In this document: positions 10,974 through 20,340 of the stretch, piece by piece
How the letters are laid out: each line of letters begins with the position of its first letter
How positions within the stretch are numbered: the stretch's first letter is position 1
Source of the DNA: Burkholderiales bacterium
GTDB taxonomy: Bacteria; Pseudomonadota; Gammaproteobacteria; Burkholderiales; SHXO01
NCBI GenBank assembly: GCA_038240725.1
Contig: JBBRGM010000002.1
Coordinates: 1 to 36,318 of the forward strand
Length of the DNA stretch: 36,318 nt
Direction of reading: 5' to 3'
Notes under the pieces: generated by a model
The model's database searches: none
The model's input: the letters and a program-made list of their open reading frames with translations, nothing else
What the model was told of the DNA's origin: nothing
Made by a program: the position numbers and the translations under genes

Positions 10974-11720
10974 TTACTGCGCGGCGGCTGCTTCGCTGCC
11001 TTCGACTTCGACGAATTCGTCGGTCACGATTTCCGTAATGACCTGCGAACGGCCGTCCAGAATCGCGTCCGCCATGCCGCGCGCGTACAAGCGAATCGCG
11101 CGGCTGGAATCGTCGTTGCCCGGGATCACGTATGCGATACCTTCGGGCGAATTATTGCTATCCACCACGGCGACAACTGGAATACCGAGCTTGTTGGCTT
11201 CCTGCACGGCGCCTTTCTGATAGCCGACGTCGATGATGAACAGCGCATCGGGCAGGCCGTTCATGTCTTTGATGCCACCCAGGCTGCGCTCCAGCTTGGC
11301 GAGCTCGCGCTGATAGCGCAGCGCTTCTTTTTTGACCAGACGCTCGATCGAGCCGTCGATCACCATCTGGTCCATGTCCTTCAGGCGCTTGATCGATTGC
11401 TTGACCGTCTTGTAGTTGGTCAGCATGCCGCCGAGCCAGCGATAGTCGACATAGGGCGCGCCGCAACGCGTGGCCTCTTCGCGCACAATTTCGCGCGCCT
11501 GGCGTTTGGTCCCGACGAAAAGAATGGTGCCCTTATTGGCAGCCAGCCGCTTGACGAACGATACGGCCGAGTTGTACATCTCGAGCGTGCGCTCGAGATT
11601 GACAATATGGATTTTGTTGCGATGACCGAAGATGAACGGTTCCATCTTCGGATTCCAATAACGGGTCTGGTGTCCGAAGTGGACTCCCGCTTCCAGCATT
11701 TCACGCATCGTTACAGCCAT
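10974..11720 (-). CDS. rpsB: 30S ribosomal protein S2
   Basis: 248 aa. [26 protein letters not shown]... is near-canonical S2. Confidence 0.97.
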   Translation of the reverse strand: MAVTMREMLEAGVHFGHQTRYWNPKMEPFIFGHRNKIHIVNLERTLEMYNSAVSFVKRLAANKGTILFVGTKRQAREIVREEATRCGAPYVDYRWLGGMLTNYKTVKQSIKRLKDMDQMVIDGSIERLVKKEALRYQRELAKLERSLGGIKDMNGLPDALFIIDVGYQKGAVQEANKLGIPVVAVVDSNNSPEGIAYVIPGNDDSSRAIRLYARGMADAILDGRSQVITEIVTDEFVEVEGSEAAAAQ

Positions 11721-11908
11721 GAAGATCCTTTGAGTTAAGGTTGTGCCTCCATCCGCGCGCTGAACTCCCTCTGACTTGCCCCCTGAACTTGGCAGGCTGG
11801 AGCACCTTAACGTACGCAGATGTGCGAAGTATCGCCGTAAGTTCTCTAAACGAACGCAAACCTGATCCGCCGAAACCTGACCAGGCCGAAAACCCCAGCG
11901 AATCTGAA

Positions 11909-11938
11909 ATTATATCAGGGACATGCTGCTCCGCTCAA
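11909..11938 (-). promoter_or_regulatory. candidate sigma70 promoter for rpsB (-35 TTGAGC, 18-nt spacer, -10 TATAAT)
   Basis: Minus-strand TATAAT is at 11909-11914 and TTGAGC at 11933-11938, overlapping the rlmB stop codon. It would give a ~180-nt rpsB leader, consistent with the long S2-autoregulated leaders known in other proteobacteria. Motif match only. Confidence 0.35.
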
Positions 11939-12684
11939 GCTGGCTTGAGCTGGCGCTGCCGCGTGGTCTCGTAGAGACATAATCCAGCGGCCACCGACAC
12001 GTTCAAGCTCTCGACGTGGCCGAGCATGGGAATGCTGATGAGACGATCGCAGCGCTCACGTGTCAGCCGGCGCAAGCCGGCGCCTTCCGCCCCCAATACC
12101 CACGCCACCGGGCCCTCCAGCTTGACGTCGAACAACGTATCGTCAGCGCCTTCATCGGCACCGATCACCTGCACGCCTTGCTCTTGCAGCTCTTCGATCG
12201 TTCGCGCCAGGTTGGTAATGGCGATGAACGGCGTGCTTTCAAGAGCGCCGCTCGCGACTTTGGCGACCACGGCAGTCAAACCGGCGGAGCGGTCTTTCGG
12301 GGCGACCACCGCGTGCGCACCGAGCGCATCGGCGGCCCGGATGCAGGCGCCCAGGTTGTGCGGATCCGTGATGCCATCGAGCAGCAGCAGTAACGTCTGA
12401 GCGCCGCGCTCGGCGACAATGTCGTCCAGCGAGACCGCCATTGGCGCCGCCTCGACCCGTGCGATAACGCCTTGATGCTTGCCGTGTCCGACCAATCCTT
12501 GCAGACGCTGCGCATCGACCGGGACGACCCGCACCTCATGACTCTGCGCCAAGGCAAGCAGATCACGTAACCGCGGATCGTGCCGCGCGGCGAGCGAGAA
12601 CACCTCGAGTACCGTGTCGGGATGATGGCGCAGCCGCGCGGAGACGGCGTGAAAGCCGAAGATCAGTTGCGTATCGCGCGCCAT
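11935..12684 (-). CDS. rlmB: 23S rRNA (guanosine-2'-O-)-methyltransferase RlmB (SpoU/TrmH family)
   Basis: The ATG at 12684 (MARDTQLIFGFHAV...) gives 249 aa with SpoU motifs (LLLLDGITDPHNLGACIRAA, AWVLGAEGAGLR, IPMLGHVESLNVSVAAG). The upstream 258 codons of the 508-aa track ORF overlap rnr out of frame and are Arg/Ala-rich noise. The rnr stop is 5 nt upstream. Confidence 0.93.
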   Translation of the reverse strand: MARDTQLIFGFHAVSARLRHHPDTVLEVFSLAARHDPRLRDLLALAQSHEVRVVPVDAQRLQGLVGHGKHQGVIARVEAAPMAVSLDDIVAERGAQTLLLLLDGITDPHNLGACIRAADALGAHAVVAPKDRSAGLTAVVAKVASGALESTPFIAITNLARTIEELQEQGVQVIGADEGADDTLFDVKLEGPVAWVLGAEGAGLRRLTRERCDRLISIPMLGHVESLNVSVAAGLCLYETTRQRQLKPA

Positions 12685-12689
12685 GCCGG

Positions 12690-14924
12690 CTACTTCGACG
12701 GTTTGTCGGACAACACGAAATCCAGCCGCGTGGTTTCCAGATCCGCGCGTACCAGGGTGACCTGCATCCGGTCGCCCAATCGGAACCGCTGATGCGTGCG
12801 CTCGCCGAACAGCTCGTGGCGCGCAGCATCGTAATGAAAATAATCGCTGCCCAGTTCCGATACATGCACCATGCCTTCGACGTGCACCTTGTCGAGCGCG
12901 ACGAACACGCCGAATGCAGCGACACCGCTGATCGTGCCGGTGAAACGCTCGCCGACTCGATCGCGCATGTAGTACGCCTTGAGCCACGCTTCGACATCGC
13001 GCGTTGCTTCGTCTGCGCGTCGCTCCGTATCCGAGCAGTGCTGTCCCAGCGCCGCCCAGTCGCCGGGTTTGTATTCCTGCCCCGCCAGCACCGCCTTGAT
13101 CGACCGGTGAACGAGCAGATCGGGATAGCGCCGGATCGGTGACGTGAAGTGCGCGTAGGCATCGTAGGCCAGGCCGAAATGGCCGGCATTGTCCGGGCTG
13201 TAGACCGCCTGCCGCAACGAACGCAGCAACACGGTCTGCAACAGCTGAAAGTCGGGCCGACCGCGAATTTGCGTGAGAAGCTTCGCGTAATCTTTCGCGT
13301 GCGGCTCGTCGCCACCGCCGAGACTCAAGCCGAACTCGCTGAGAAATTGCCGTAACGATTCCAGCTTTTCCGGCGTCGGACCTTCGTGCACGCGATACAG
13401 CGTGGGATGCTCGTGGCTGCTGAGAAATTGCGATGCGCACACGTTGGCGGCGAGCATGCATTCTTCGATCAGACGATGCGCATCGTTGCGCTGAACCGGC
13501 GAGATCGCGGTGATCTTGCCCTGCTCATCGAACTCCATCCGCGTTTCCATCGTCTCGAAGTCGATGGCGCCGCGGCGTTCGCGCGCGGCGGCCAAAGTCG
13601 TATATAGATCGCGCAACGCCTGCAAATGCGGTACCAGCCCTTTATGCTCGCGCGCTTCCGGGCCTTTCGGGTCGGCAAGAATCGCGGCAACCGCGGTGTA
13701 GGTCAGCCGCGCGTGGGAAAAAATGACTGCCGCGAAGAAGCGAGAGTTCTTCACCTCGCCTTTGGCGCCGATGTTCATCTCGCACACCATCGCCAAACGC
13801 TCGACTTGCGGATTGAGCGAGCACAACCCGTTGGACAGCTCCTCCGGCAACATCGGAATTACACGGCGCGGAAAATAAACCGAGTTGCCGCGCTCGCGCG
13901 CTTCCAGATCGAGCGCGTCGCCGTGTTTGACGTAATGACCGACATCGGCAATCGCAACCCACAGCTTGAAGCCGCGGCCGTCTCGCTCACAATAGACGGC
14001 ATCGTCGAAATCCTTCGCCGTTTCACCGTCGATCGTCACCAGCGGCAACTCGGTCAGATCTTCGCGTCCTTTCCAATCGGACTTGCGGACAGTCTTCGGT
14101 AGATGCTTTGCGATTTCTTCGACCGCGGGCGAAAATGCGTGCGGCAAATCATGCTTGCGCAACGCGATTTCGACTTCCATTCCGGCATCGGCGTAATTTC
14201 CAAGCACCTCGACGATGCGTCCGACCGGCTTTACTTTACGGTCCGGCTGCTCGATGATTTCGGCCACGACGACTTGCCCGCTCACCGCGTTGGCGCAGGC
14301 TTCGCGCGGAATCAGAATGTCTTGACTGAGGCGCCGATCTTCGGGCACCAGATAGCAGACGCCGTGCTCTTCCATCAATCGTCCGACCACGCGCGAGTGT
14401 GCGCGCTCGAGCACTTCGACGATCGTGCCTTCACGCCGTCCGCGCCGATCGACGCCGCTCTCGCGCGCCATCACGCGATCGCCGTGAAAGACTTTCGACA
14501 TCTCCCACGGACTCAGAAATAGATCGCCGCTTTTGTCGTCGGGCACCAGAAATCCGAAACCGTCACGGTGTCCCTGCACGCGGCCAGGCAGCAAACCAAG
14601 TTTTTCGACGACGCACAAATCGCCGCGCCGATTGATCATCAACTGTCCGGCGCGCTCCATTGCGTGCAGGCGCCGCGTGAACGAATCTTCTTCATCGCTG
14701 CTTATATCGAGCAGCTTGAACAGGCGGTCCGGCTCGACCGGAACGCCCTCTTCGGTCAATACCGAAAGAACCCATTCGCGGCTGGGCAGCGGTGTGCCGT
14801 AGCGTGCCTGCTCGCGCTCGAGATTAGGATCGGCGAGCCGCAGGCTGCTCGGCTTGCCGGAGGTCTGCGGCGCGGTCTTTTTGATGGATGGTGCGGTCAT
14901 TCTCGAGTGATTATCCTCATACAA
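12690..14924 (-). CDS. rnr: ribonuclease R
   Basis: 744 aa. N-terminal winged-helix/CSD region, central RNB catalytic domain (TIDGETAKDFDDAV...), C-terminal S1 domain (FTGTISGVAAFGVFVAL...). The alternative ATG 8 codons in (MTAPS...) has GAGGA 13 nt upstream, so the exact start is uncertain. Confidence 0.94.
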   Translation of the reverse strand: MYEDNHSRMTAPSIKKTAPQTSGKPSSLRLADPNLEREQARYGTPLPSREWVLSVLTEEGVPVEPDRLFKLLDISSDEEDSFTRRLHAMERAGQLMINRRGDLCVVEKLGLLPGRVQGHRDGFGFLVPDDKSGDLFLSPWEMSKVFHGDRVMARESGVDRRGRREGTIVEVLERAHSRVVGRLMEEHGVCYLVPEDRRLSQDILIPREACANAVSGQVVVAEIIEQPDRKVKPVGRIVEVLGNYADAGMEVEIALRKHDLPHAFSPAVEEIAKHLPKTVRKSDWKGREDLTELPLVTIDGETAKDFDDAVYCERDGRGFKLWVAIADVGHYVKHGDALDLEARERGNSVYFPRRVIPMLPEELSNGLCSLNPQVERLAMVCEMNIGAKGEVKNSRFFAAVIFSHARLTYTAVAAILADPKGPEAREHKGLVPHLQALRDLYTTLAAARERRGAIDFETMETRMEFDEQGKITAISPVQRNDAHRLIEECMLAANVCASQFLSSHEHPTLYRVHEGPTPEKLESLRQFLSEFGLSLGGGDEPHAKDYAKLLTQIRGRPDFQLLQTVLLRSLRQAVYSPDNAGHFGLAYDAYAHFTSPIRRYPDLLVHRSIKAVLAGQEYKPGDWAALGQHCSDTERRADEATRDVEAWLKAYYMRDRVGERFTGTISGVAAFGVFVALDKVHVEGMVHVSELGSDYFHYDAARHELFGERTHQRFRLGDRMQVTLVRADLETTRLDFVLSDKPSK

Positions 14925-14959
14925 AATAGCGAAAGCTTTTAAGTCGCGGCCTTTTGCCC

Positions 14960-14965
14960 TAAAAT
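14960..14965 (+). promoter_or_regulatory. candidate -10 element (TAAAAT) of the tRNA-Leu promoter
   Basis: TAAAAT lies 14 nt upstream of the mature tRNA 5' end and is followed by a GC-rich discriminator-like CGCGCCCGC. No convincing -35 (best is TTTTAA at 17-nt spacing). Motif only. Confidence 0.3.
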
Positions 14966-14978
14966 ACGCGCCCGCTGT

Positions 14979-15065
14979 GCCGAGATGGCGGAATTGGTAG
15001 ACGCACCAGGTTCAGGTCCTGGCGGTCGCAAGACTGTGGAGGTTCGAGTCCTCTTCTCGGCACCA
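14979..15065 (+). tRNA. tRNA-Leu (anticodon CAG), long variable arm, encoded CCA
   Basis: GCCGAGA...TCTCGGC acceptor stem. GGTAGA D-loop. Anticodon stem CCAGG/CCTGG with loop TTCAGGT (CAG). Long variable arm CGGTCGCAAGACTGTG. GGTTCGAGTCC T-arm. 3' ACCA. Confidence 0.95.
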
Positions 15066-15084
15066 GCCAAAGCCCCCCGCACTT

Positions 15085-15246
15085 GGGTTTCGGCGTCAGC
15101 CGCAACCTTGTCAGCCGGGGTTGCGGCATCAGCTGCAACCTTGCATGTTTGGGCTGCGGCACCCCGCAACCTCGTACGTTCGGGTTGCAGCACTGCTGCA
15201 ACCTGTAGCAATCGGGTCTCGGCACTAGCCGTACGTTTCTGTAATT
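15085..15246 (+). repeat. tandem array of ~5 degenerate ~32-bp units, each with an internal 8-9-bp inverted repeat, in phase with the tRNA-Leu 3' end
   Basis: Units start at 15085, 15117, 15151, 15182 and 15214, each as GGG(T/C)T(G/T/C)C(G/A)GC-N3-4-GC(C/T)GCAACCT.... Examples are GGTTGCAGC-ACT-GCTGCAACC (perfect 9 bp) and GGTTGCGGC-ATCA-GCTGCAACC. See the finding for details. Confidence 0.8.
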
Positions 15247-15256
15247 GGGCGCACGG

Positions 15257-15289
15257 AAATCGCCGCACACAAGCGCGGCGATTTTTTTT
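15257..15289 (+). terminator. intrinsic terminator closing the tRNA-Leu transcription unit (possibly also used, weakly, by convergent purA)
   Basis: AAATCGCCGC-(8-nt loop)-GCGGCGATTT runs into a T8 tract on the plus strand. On the minus strand the hairpin is preceded by A8 and followed only by TTTCC. Confidence 0.8.
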
Positions 15290-15385
15290 GGTCGCGCGAT
15301 TGGTAATCGATCACGCCCGTGCCCGTAGTAATGCAGTTCCCTAGTCTCTAGACCCCAGTCCCGAGCCCCTGGCGAAGCCGTACGA

Positions 15386-16711
<1,326 letters not shown>

Positions 16712-16739
16712 TTAAATGCGTGCCATTGAAATGCGTCAA

Positions 16740-17900
16740 TCAATCAAGCGATTCGATCTTCCACTCCGAGCCGCGCTTCACCAGCCGGCGATCGCAATTG
16801 AGCTCCGCTCGCGTGGCAGCGTGGCCGGGCAAATCGACGATCACAATTTCGCCTTGCTCGCGCAGCCGCTGTAGTGTTTGCCGCAATGACGCATCGCCCG
16901 GCGCGTACGGCGCCAGCACGCCTACCGAGTGCGCGGGAAACGGCGCCAGCCCCGCGAGCTCACGCAGATCGAGACTGAAACCGGTTGCCGGCCGCGCCCG
17001 GCCGAACGCCTGGCCGACTTGGTCGTAGCGCCCACCGAGCGCAATGGCGTTGGGATGGCCTGCCGTATAGGCGCTGAACACGACGCCGCTGTGATAATGG
17101 TAACCGCGCAGCTCGGCCAGGTCGAACCGGTGCACCGGCGCAATGTGCGCCAGATCGCCTGCGATCTTTTCCATGTCGGTCAATGCTCGCTCGATCTCGG
17201 GGAAGTCCGGCAAGCCGTCGCGCGCTTGTTGCAGCACTTCGACGCCCCCGTAGAGCTCGGGCAACAGCAGCAGCGCATCGCGCAGTTTTGGCTCGAGGTG
17301 CGCGACGAGCTCTCGCAAGGACGGCACATCCTTCGACTGCAGCACACGGAACAAATCAGACTCCAGCTCTGCATCGATATGGCCATGCTGCATCAACGCG
17401 CGAAACACACCGACGTGCCCGAGATCGAGATAAATATCGTTGACACCCACCGCGCGCAGCGCAGTCACCATCAGCGCCTGGATTTCGACATCGCTCTCGA
17501 TGCCTGCATGTCCGTAGACTTCGGCGCCGATCTGCAACGGCTCGCGCGTGCGATTCAGTCCCGACGGTTGTGCGTGCAGCACGCTGCCCGCGTAGCACAG
17601 CCGGGTGACGCCATTGCGATTGAGCAAATGCGCATCGATGCGCGCGACCTGCGGGGTGATATCCGCGCGCACACCGAGCAGGCGTCCGGATAACTGGTCG
17701 ACCAGCTTGAACGTACGCAGATCGAGATCGTGGCCGGTGCCGGTGAGTAGCGACTCGACATACTCGAGCAGCGGGGGCATCACCAGCTCGTAGCCGTGCG
17801 CGCGAAACAAGTCGAGCAGACGCCGGCGCAGCGCTTCGATACGCGTGGCATCGGCGGGGAGGATGTCCTCGATGTATTCAGGAAGCAGCCAACGACGCAT
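16740..17900 (-). CDS. hisZ: ATP phosphoribosyltransferase regulatory subunit HisZ
   Basis: 386 aa class-II aaRS-like (HisRS paralogue) core without an anticodon-binding domain. [13 protein letters not shown]-terminus. Conserved position between the hflKC block and purA. Confidence 0.9.
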   Translation of the reverse strand: MRRWLLPEYIEDILPADATRIEALRRRLLDLFRAHGYELVMPPLLEYVESLLTGTGHDLDLRTFKLVDQLSGRLLGVRADITPQVARIDAHLLNRNGVTRLCYAGSVLHAQPSGLNRTREPLQIGAEVYGHAGIESDVEIQALMVTALRAVGVNDIYLDLGHVGVFRALMQHGHIDAELESDLFRVLQSKDVPSLRELVAHLEPKLRDALLLLPELYGGVEVLQQARDGLPDFPEIERALTDMEKIAGDLAHIAPVHRFDLAELRGYHYHSGVVFSAYTAGHPNAIALGGRYDQVGQAFGRARPATGFSLDLRELAGLAPFPAHSVGVLAPYAPGDASLRQTLQRLREQGEIVIVDLPGHAATRAELNCDRRLVKRGSEWKIESLD

Positions 17901-17914
17901 GGTTTATCGCCGCG

Positions 17915-18106
17915 CTAACCAACGCTCGACAGCAGCAGCAGACTCGCGCCGACGACCACCAGGATCAAGCCGAAAAAGCGCAGCTGGCCATCGGCGAGAC
18001 TGGAGATCCGCCGCATGGTTTCCCGCCAGCGCACCGGCGCCAGCAGCAGCGGCAGACCTTCGATCATGAGCAAGAGCGCAAACGCGGTCCACAGAGCGCT
18101 CGACAT
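17915..18106 (-). CDS. small membrane protein, DUF2065 family (YjeT-like)
   Basis: 63 aa with two hydrophobic segments (ALWTAFALLLMIEGLPLLLAP... / FFGLILVVVGASLLLL). A gene of this size and shape is commonly found just downstream of hflC. Confidence 0.75.
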   Translation of the reverse strand: MSSALWTAFALLLMIEGLPLLLAPVRWRETMRRISSLADGQLRFFGLILVVVGASLLLLSSVG

Positions 18107-18122
18107 AGAAAGGTACGGCTAA

Positions 18123-18178
18123 CCTGGACGATTCATGCGTGACTCGACATCCGCGCGAGGCCGCATGAATAATCCAGG
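18123..18178. repeat. 17-bp imperfect inverted repeat (15/17) with 22-nt spacer in the hflC-DUF2065 intergenic region
   Basis: CCTGGACGATTCATGCG (18123-18139) and CGCATGAATAATCCAGG (18162-18178). No T-tract follows on either strand. Confidence 0.8.
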
Positions 18179-18182
18179 CCGG

Positions 18183-19064
18183 CTATTTGGCCCCTTTGGC
18201 GGACGGGCTCTTCAAGTATTTGAAGAAGTCCGAGCTGGGATCGAGTATCAGCACGTCGGTCTTGTTCTTTAAGCTCTGCCGATACGCTTCCAGGCTGCGA
18301 TAGAAGGCATAGAACTCGGGGTTCTGCTGAAACGCCTGCGCATACGTAGCCGAAGCCCGCGCATCGCCCTGGCCCTTAATGCGCTGCGCGTCGCGGTACG
18401 CTTCAGCGATAGTCACCTCGCGCTGACGTTCGGCATCGGCGCGAATTTTTTCCGCCTCGGCGAAACCGAGCGAGCGCAATTCGTTGGCGACGCGCTTGCG
18501 TTCCGCTTCCATGCGGCGATACACCGCCTCGCTGACCTCTTGCGGCAGATCGACGCGCTTCAAGCGAACGTCGAGCACTTGCACGCCGATCTTGCGCGCG
18601 TCGGCGTCAACTTTTTCGCGCATCAACGCCATGATGTGATCGCGCTCGCCGGAAACGACTTCGTGAATGGTGCGTTTGCCGAACTCCGCACGCAAGTTAT
18701 CGTTGACCGTCTGCGCCAGGCGAATACGCGTGCGCGTCTCGTCACCGCCGACGCTGATGTAGTACTGCACGACGTCGACGATGCGCCACTTGACGAATGA
18801 ATCGACCAGAACGTTTTTCTTCTCAGAGGTGATAAAGCGCTCGGGATCTTCCGAATCCAACGTCAGGATTCGCACATCGAAGAAGCGTACGTTGTCGATC
18901 AGCGGAAGCTTGGCGTACAAGCCGGGCTTGGTGATGATGTGCACCGGTTCGCCGAGGCGAAAGACGATGGCGTTCTGGCGCTGATCGACAGTGAACAGCG
19001 CAAGGCCCATTATTACGAGAATGACGACGAGCGCGATAAGCGCTAACGAGAGACCCCGCTTCAT
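18183..19064 (-). CDS. hflC: protease modulator HflC (SPFH/band-7)
   Basis: 293 aa. N-terminal TM segment then SPFH domain. Start overlaps the hflK stop (ATGA). Confidence 0.94.
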   Translation of the reverse strand: MKRGLSLALIALVVILVIMGLALFTVDQRQNAIVFRLGEPVHIITKPGLYAKLPLIDNVRFFDVRILTLDSEDPERFITSEKKNVLVDSFVKWRIVDVVQYYISVGGDETRTRIRLAQTVNDNLRAEFGKRTIHEVVSGERDHIMALMREKVDADARKIGVQVLDVRLKRVDLPQEVSEAVYRRMEAERKRVANELRSLGFAEAEKIRADAERQREVTIAEAYRDAQRIKGQGDARASATYAQAFQQNPEFYAFYRSLEAYRQSLKNKTDVLILDPSSDFFKYLKSPSAKGAK

Positions 19065-20266
19065 GGCCGTGCCTCCCGGTCGCGGCCGCGGAACGAATCG
19101 CGCGACCGGTTATCGAGCGCTGGCGCGGCCGGCGTCGTCGATTGAATTTCCGGCACGACGTTATGCTCGGGCGCGTTTTCAGGACCGCTCGACGCAGCGA
19201 CACCGGCGGCGGCGCCGGACATCTGCAGCAGCTTGTCGAACGGCAGGAACAGCAGATTGCTGCCGGCTTTCTGATCGATGATGACCTTGGTCGTGTTGGA
19301 CAATATTTGCTGGATTGCATCGAGATACATGCGCTGCCGCGTGACTGCCGGTGCGCGCGAGTATTCGGTGAGAATCTGGTTGAAGCGTGCTGCTTCGCCC
19401 TCTGCGTTCGCGATCACGCGCTGCTTGTAGCCTTCGGCTTCCTGCAGCAGACGCGACGCGCTACCGCGCGCTTTCGGGACGACATCATTCGAGTACGCCT
19501 GCCCCTCGTTGATCTGGCGCTCGCGATCTTGACCGGCTTTGACGGCGTCATCGAACGCGGCCTGCACCTGCTCGGGCGGCTGCGCCTGCTGCATCGTTAC
19601 CTGGCTGATGGCGACGCCGGTCTTGTAGCGATCCAGGGTTTCCTGCATCAGCTTTTGCGCCTGCGCGCGGATCTGCTCGCGGCCTTCGTACAGCACGAAG
19701 TCCATGCGGCTTTTTCCGACGATCTCGCGCATTGCGGATTCCGCGACCTGCATGACGGAGTCGTCCGGGCTGCGGTTGTAGAACAGATATTCGGTCGGAT
19801 CTTTCAGCATGTACTGCACGGCAAACTGCAAGTCGACGATGTTCTCATCGTCGGTCAGCATGAGCGATTCTTTCAGCACTTTATTCTTGACGTTGTTGCG
19901 GTAACCGACCTCGAGCGTTCGCACCTGCGACAGGTTGACGATTTCGACGCCTTCGATCGGATACGGCAGATGCCACTGCGGTCCCGGCTCAGTCGTCTGA
20001 GCGTACTTGCCGAAGCGTAGCACCACACCGCGCTGGCTCGCATCGACGATGTAGAAGCCGCTCGCCAGCCAGATCACGACGATGAGAACGACGAGCAGGC
20101 CCGCGCCGCCGGGAAGACGCCGACCGCCGCCGATGCCGGGCTCACGCGGCCCACCGCCTTTGCCGCCGAGCGCGCCGGTGATCTTCTGCCGGAAGCGATT
20201 CCAGATTTCGTCGAGGTCGGGCGGACCTTCGCCTCGCCTGCCCCAGTTTGGGTCGTTAAGCGCCAT
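19061..20266 (-). CDS. hflK: protease modulator HflK (SPFH/band-7)
   Basis: 401 aa. MALNDPNWG...PPDLDEIW N-terminus, Gly-rich linker, TM segment, SPFH domain. hflX-hflK-hflC order. Confidence 0.94.
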   Translation of the reverse strand: MALNDPNWGRRGEGPPDLDEIWNRFRQKITGALGGKGGGPREPGIGGGRRLPGGAGLLVVLIVVIWLASGFYIVDASQRGVVLRFGKYAQTTEPGPQWHLPYPIEGVEIVNLSQVRTLEVGYRNNVKNKVLKESLMLTDDENIVDLQFAVQYMLKDPTEYLFYNRSPDDSVMQVAESAMREIVGKSRMDFVLYEGREQIRAQAQKLMQETLDRYKTGVAISQVTMQQAQPPEQVQAAFDDAVKAGQDRERQINEGQAYSNDVVPKARGSASRLLQEAEGYKQRVIANAEGEAARFNQILTEYSRAPAVTRQRMYLDAIQQILSNTTKVIIDQKAGSNLLFLPFDKLLQMSGAAAGVAASSGPENAPEHNVVPEIQSTTPAAPALDNRSRDSFRGRDREARP

Positions 20267-20340
20267 TCGGTTTTTTCTTAGTTGAAAGCGACGTTGCCCC
20301 GTGATGCACGTTTACGAGCGAGCGCCAGGCGCGAGCCGCT

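Noticed and set aside
11933-11950. 7-bp hairpin GCTCAAG-CCAG-CTTGAGC (minus strand) at the rlmB stop, as a possible rnr-rlmB terminator.
   Set aside because: No U-tract follows, and it overlaps the proposed rpsB -35 region. The evidence is insufficient to call a terminator.
11935-13461. 508-aa ORF suggesting a large fusion protein upstream of RlmB.
   Set aside because: Only the last 249 codons (from the ATG at 12684) look like a SpoU methyltransferase. The first 258 codons overlap the rnr 3' half out of frame and are Arg-rich noise.
15085-15246. Possible CRISPR array next to the tRNA, given regularly spaced ~22-bp palindromic cores.
   Set aside because: The 'spacers' are only ~10 bp and are themselves related to each other. 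The repeats are degenerate. No cas genes or leader are present. It is better described as a tandem minisatellite derived from the tRNA 3' end.
14985-15344. 119-aa ORF spanning the tRNA and repeat array, and a 27-codon basic ORF (15145..15228, MFGLRHPATSYVRVAALLQPVAIGSRH). The latter recalls the small Tpr peptide encoded in the E. coli tyrT repeats.
   Set aside because: The long ORF starts inside the tRNA gene. The short one has no Shine-Dalgarno sequence, and its periodic sequence is a direct by-product of the DNA repeats. There is no independent support for translation.
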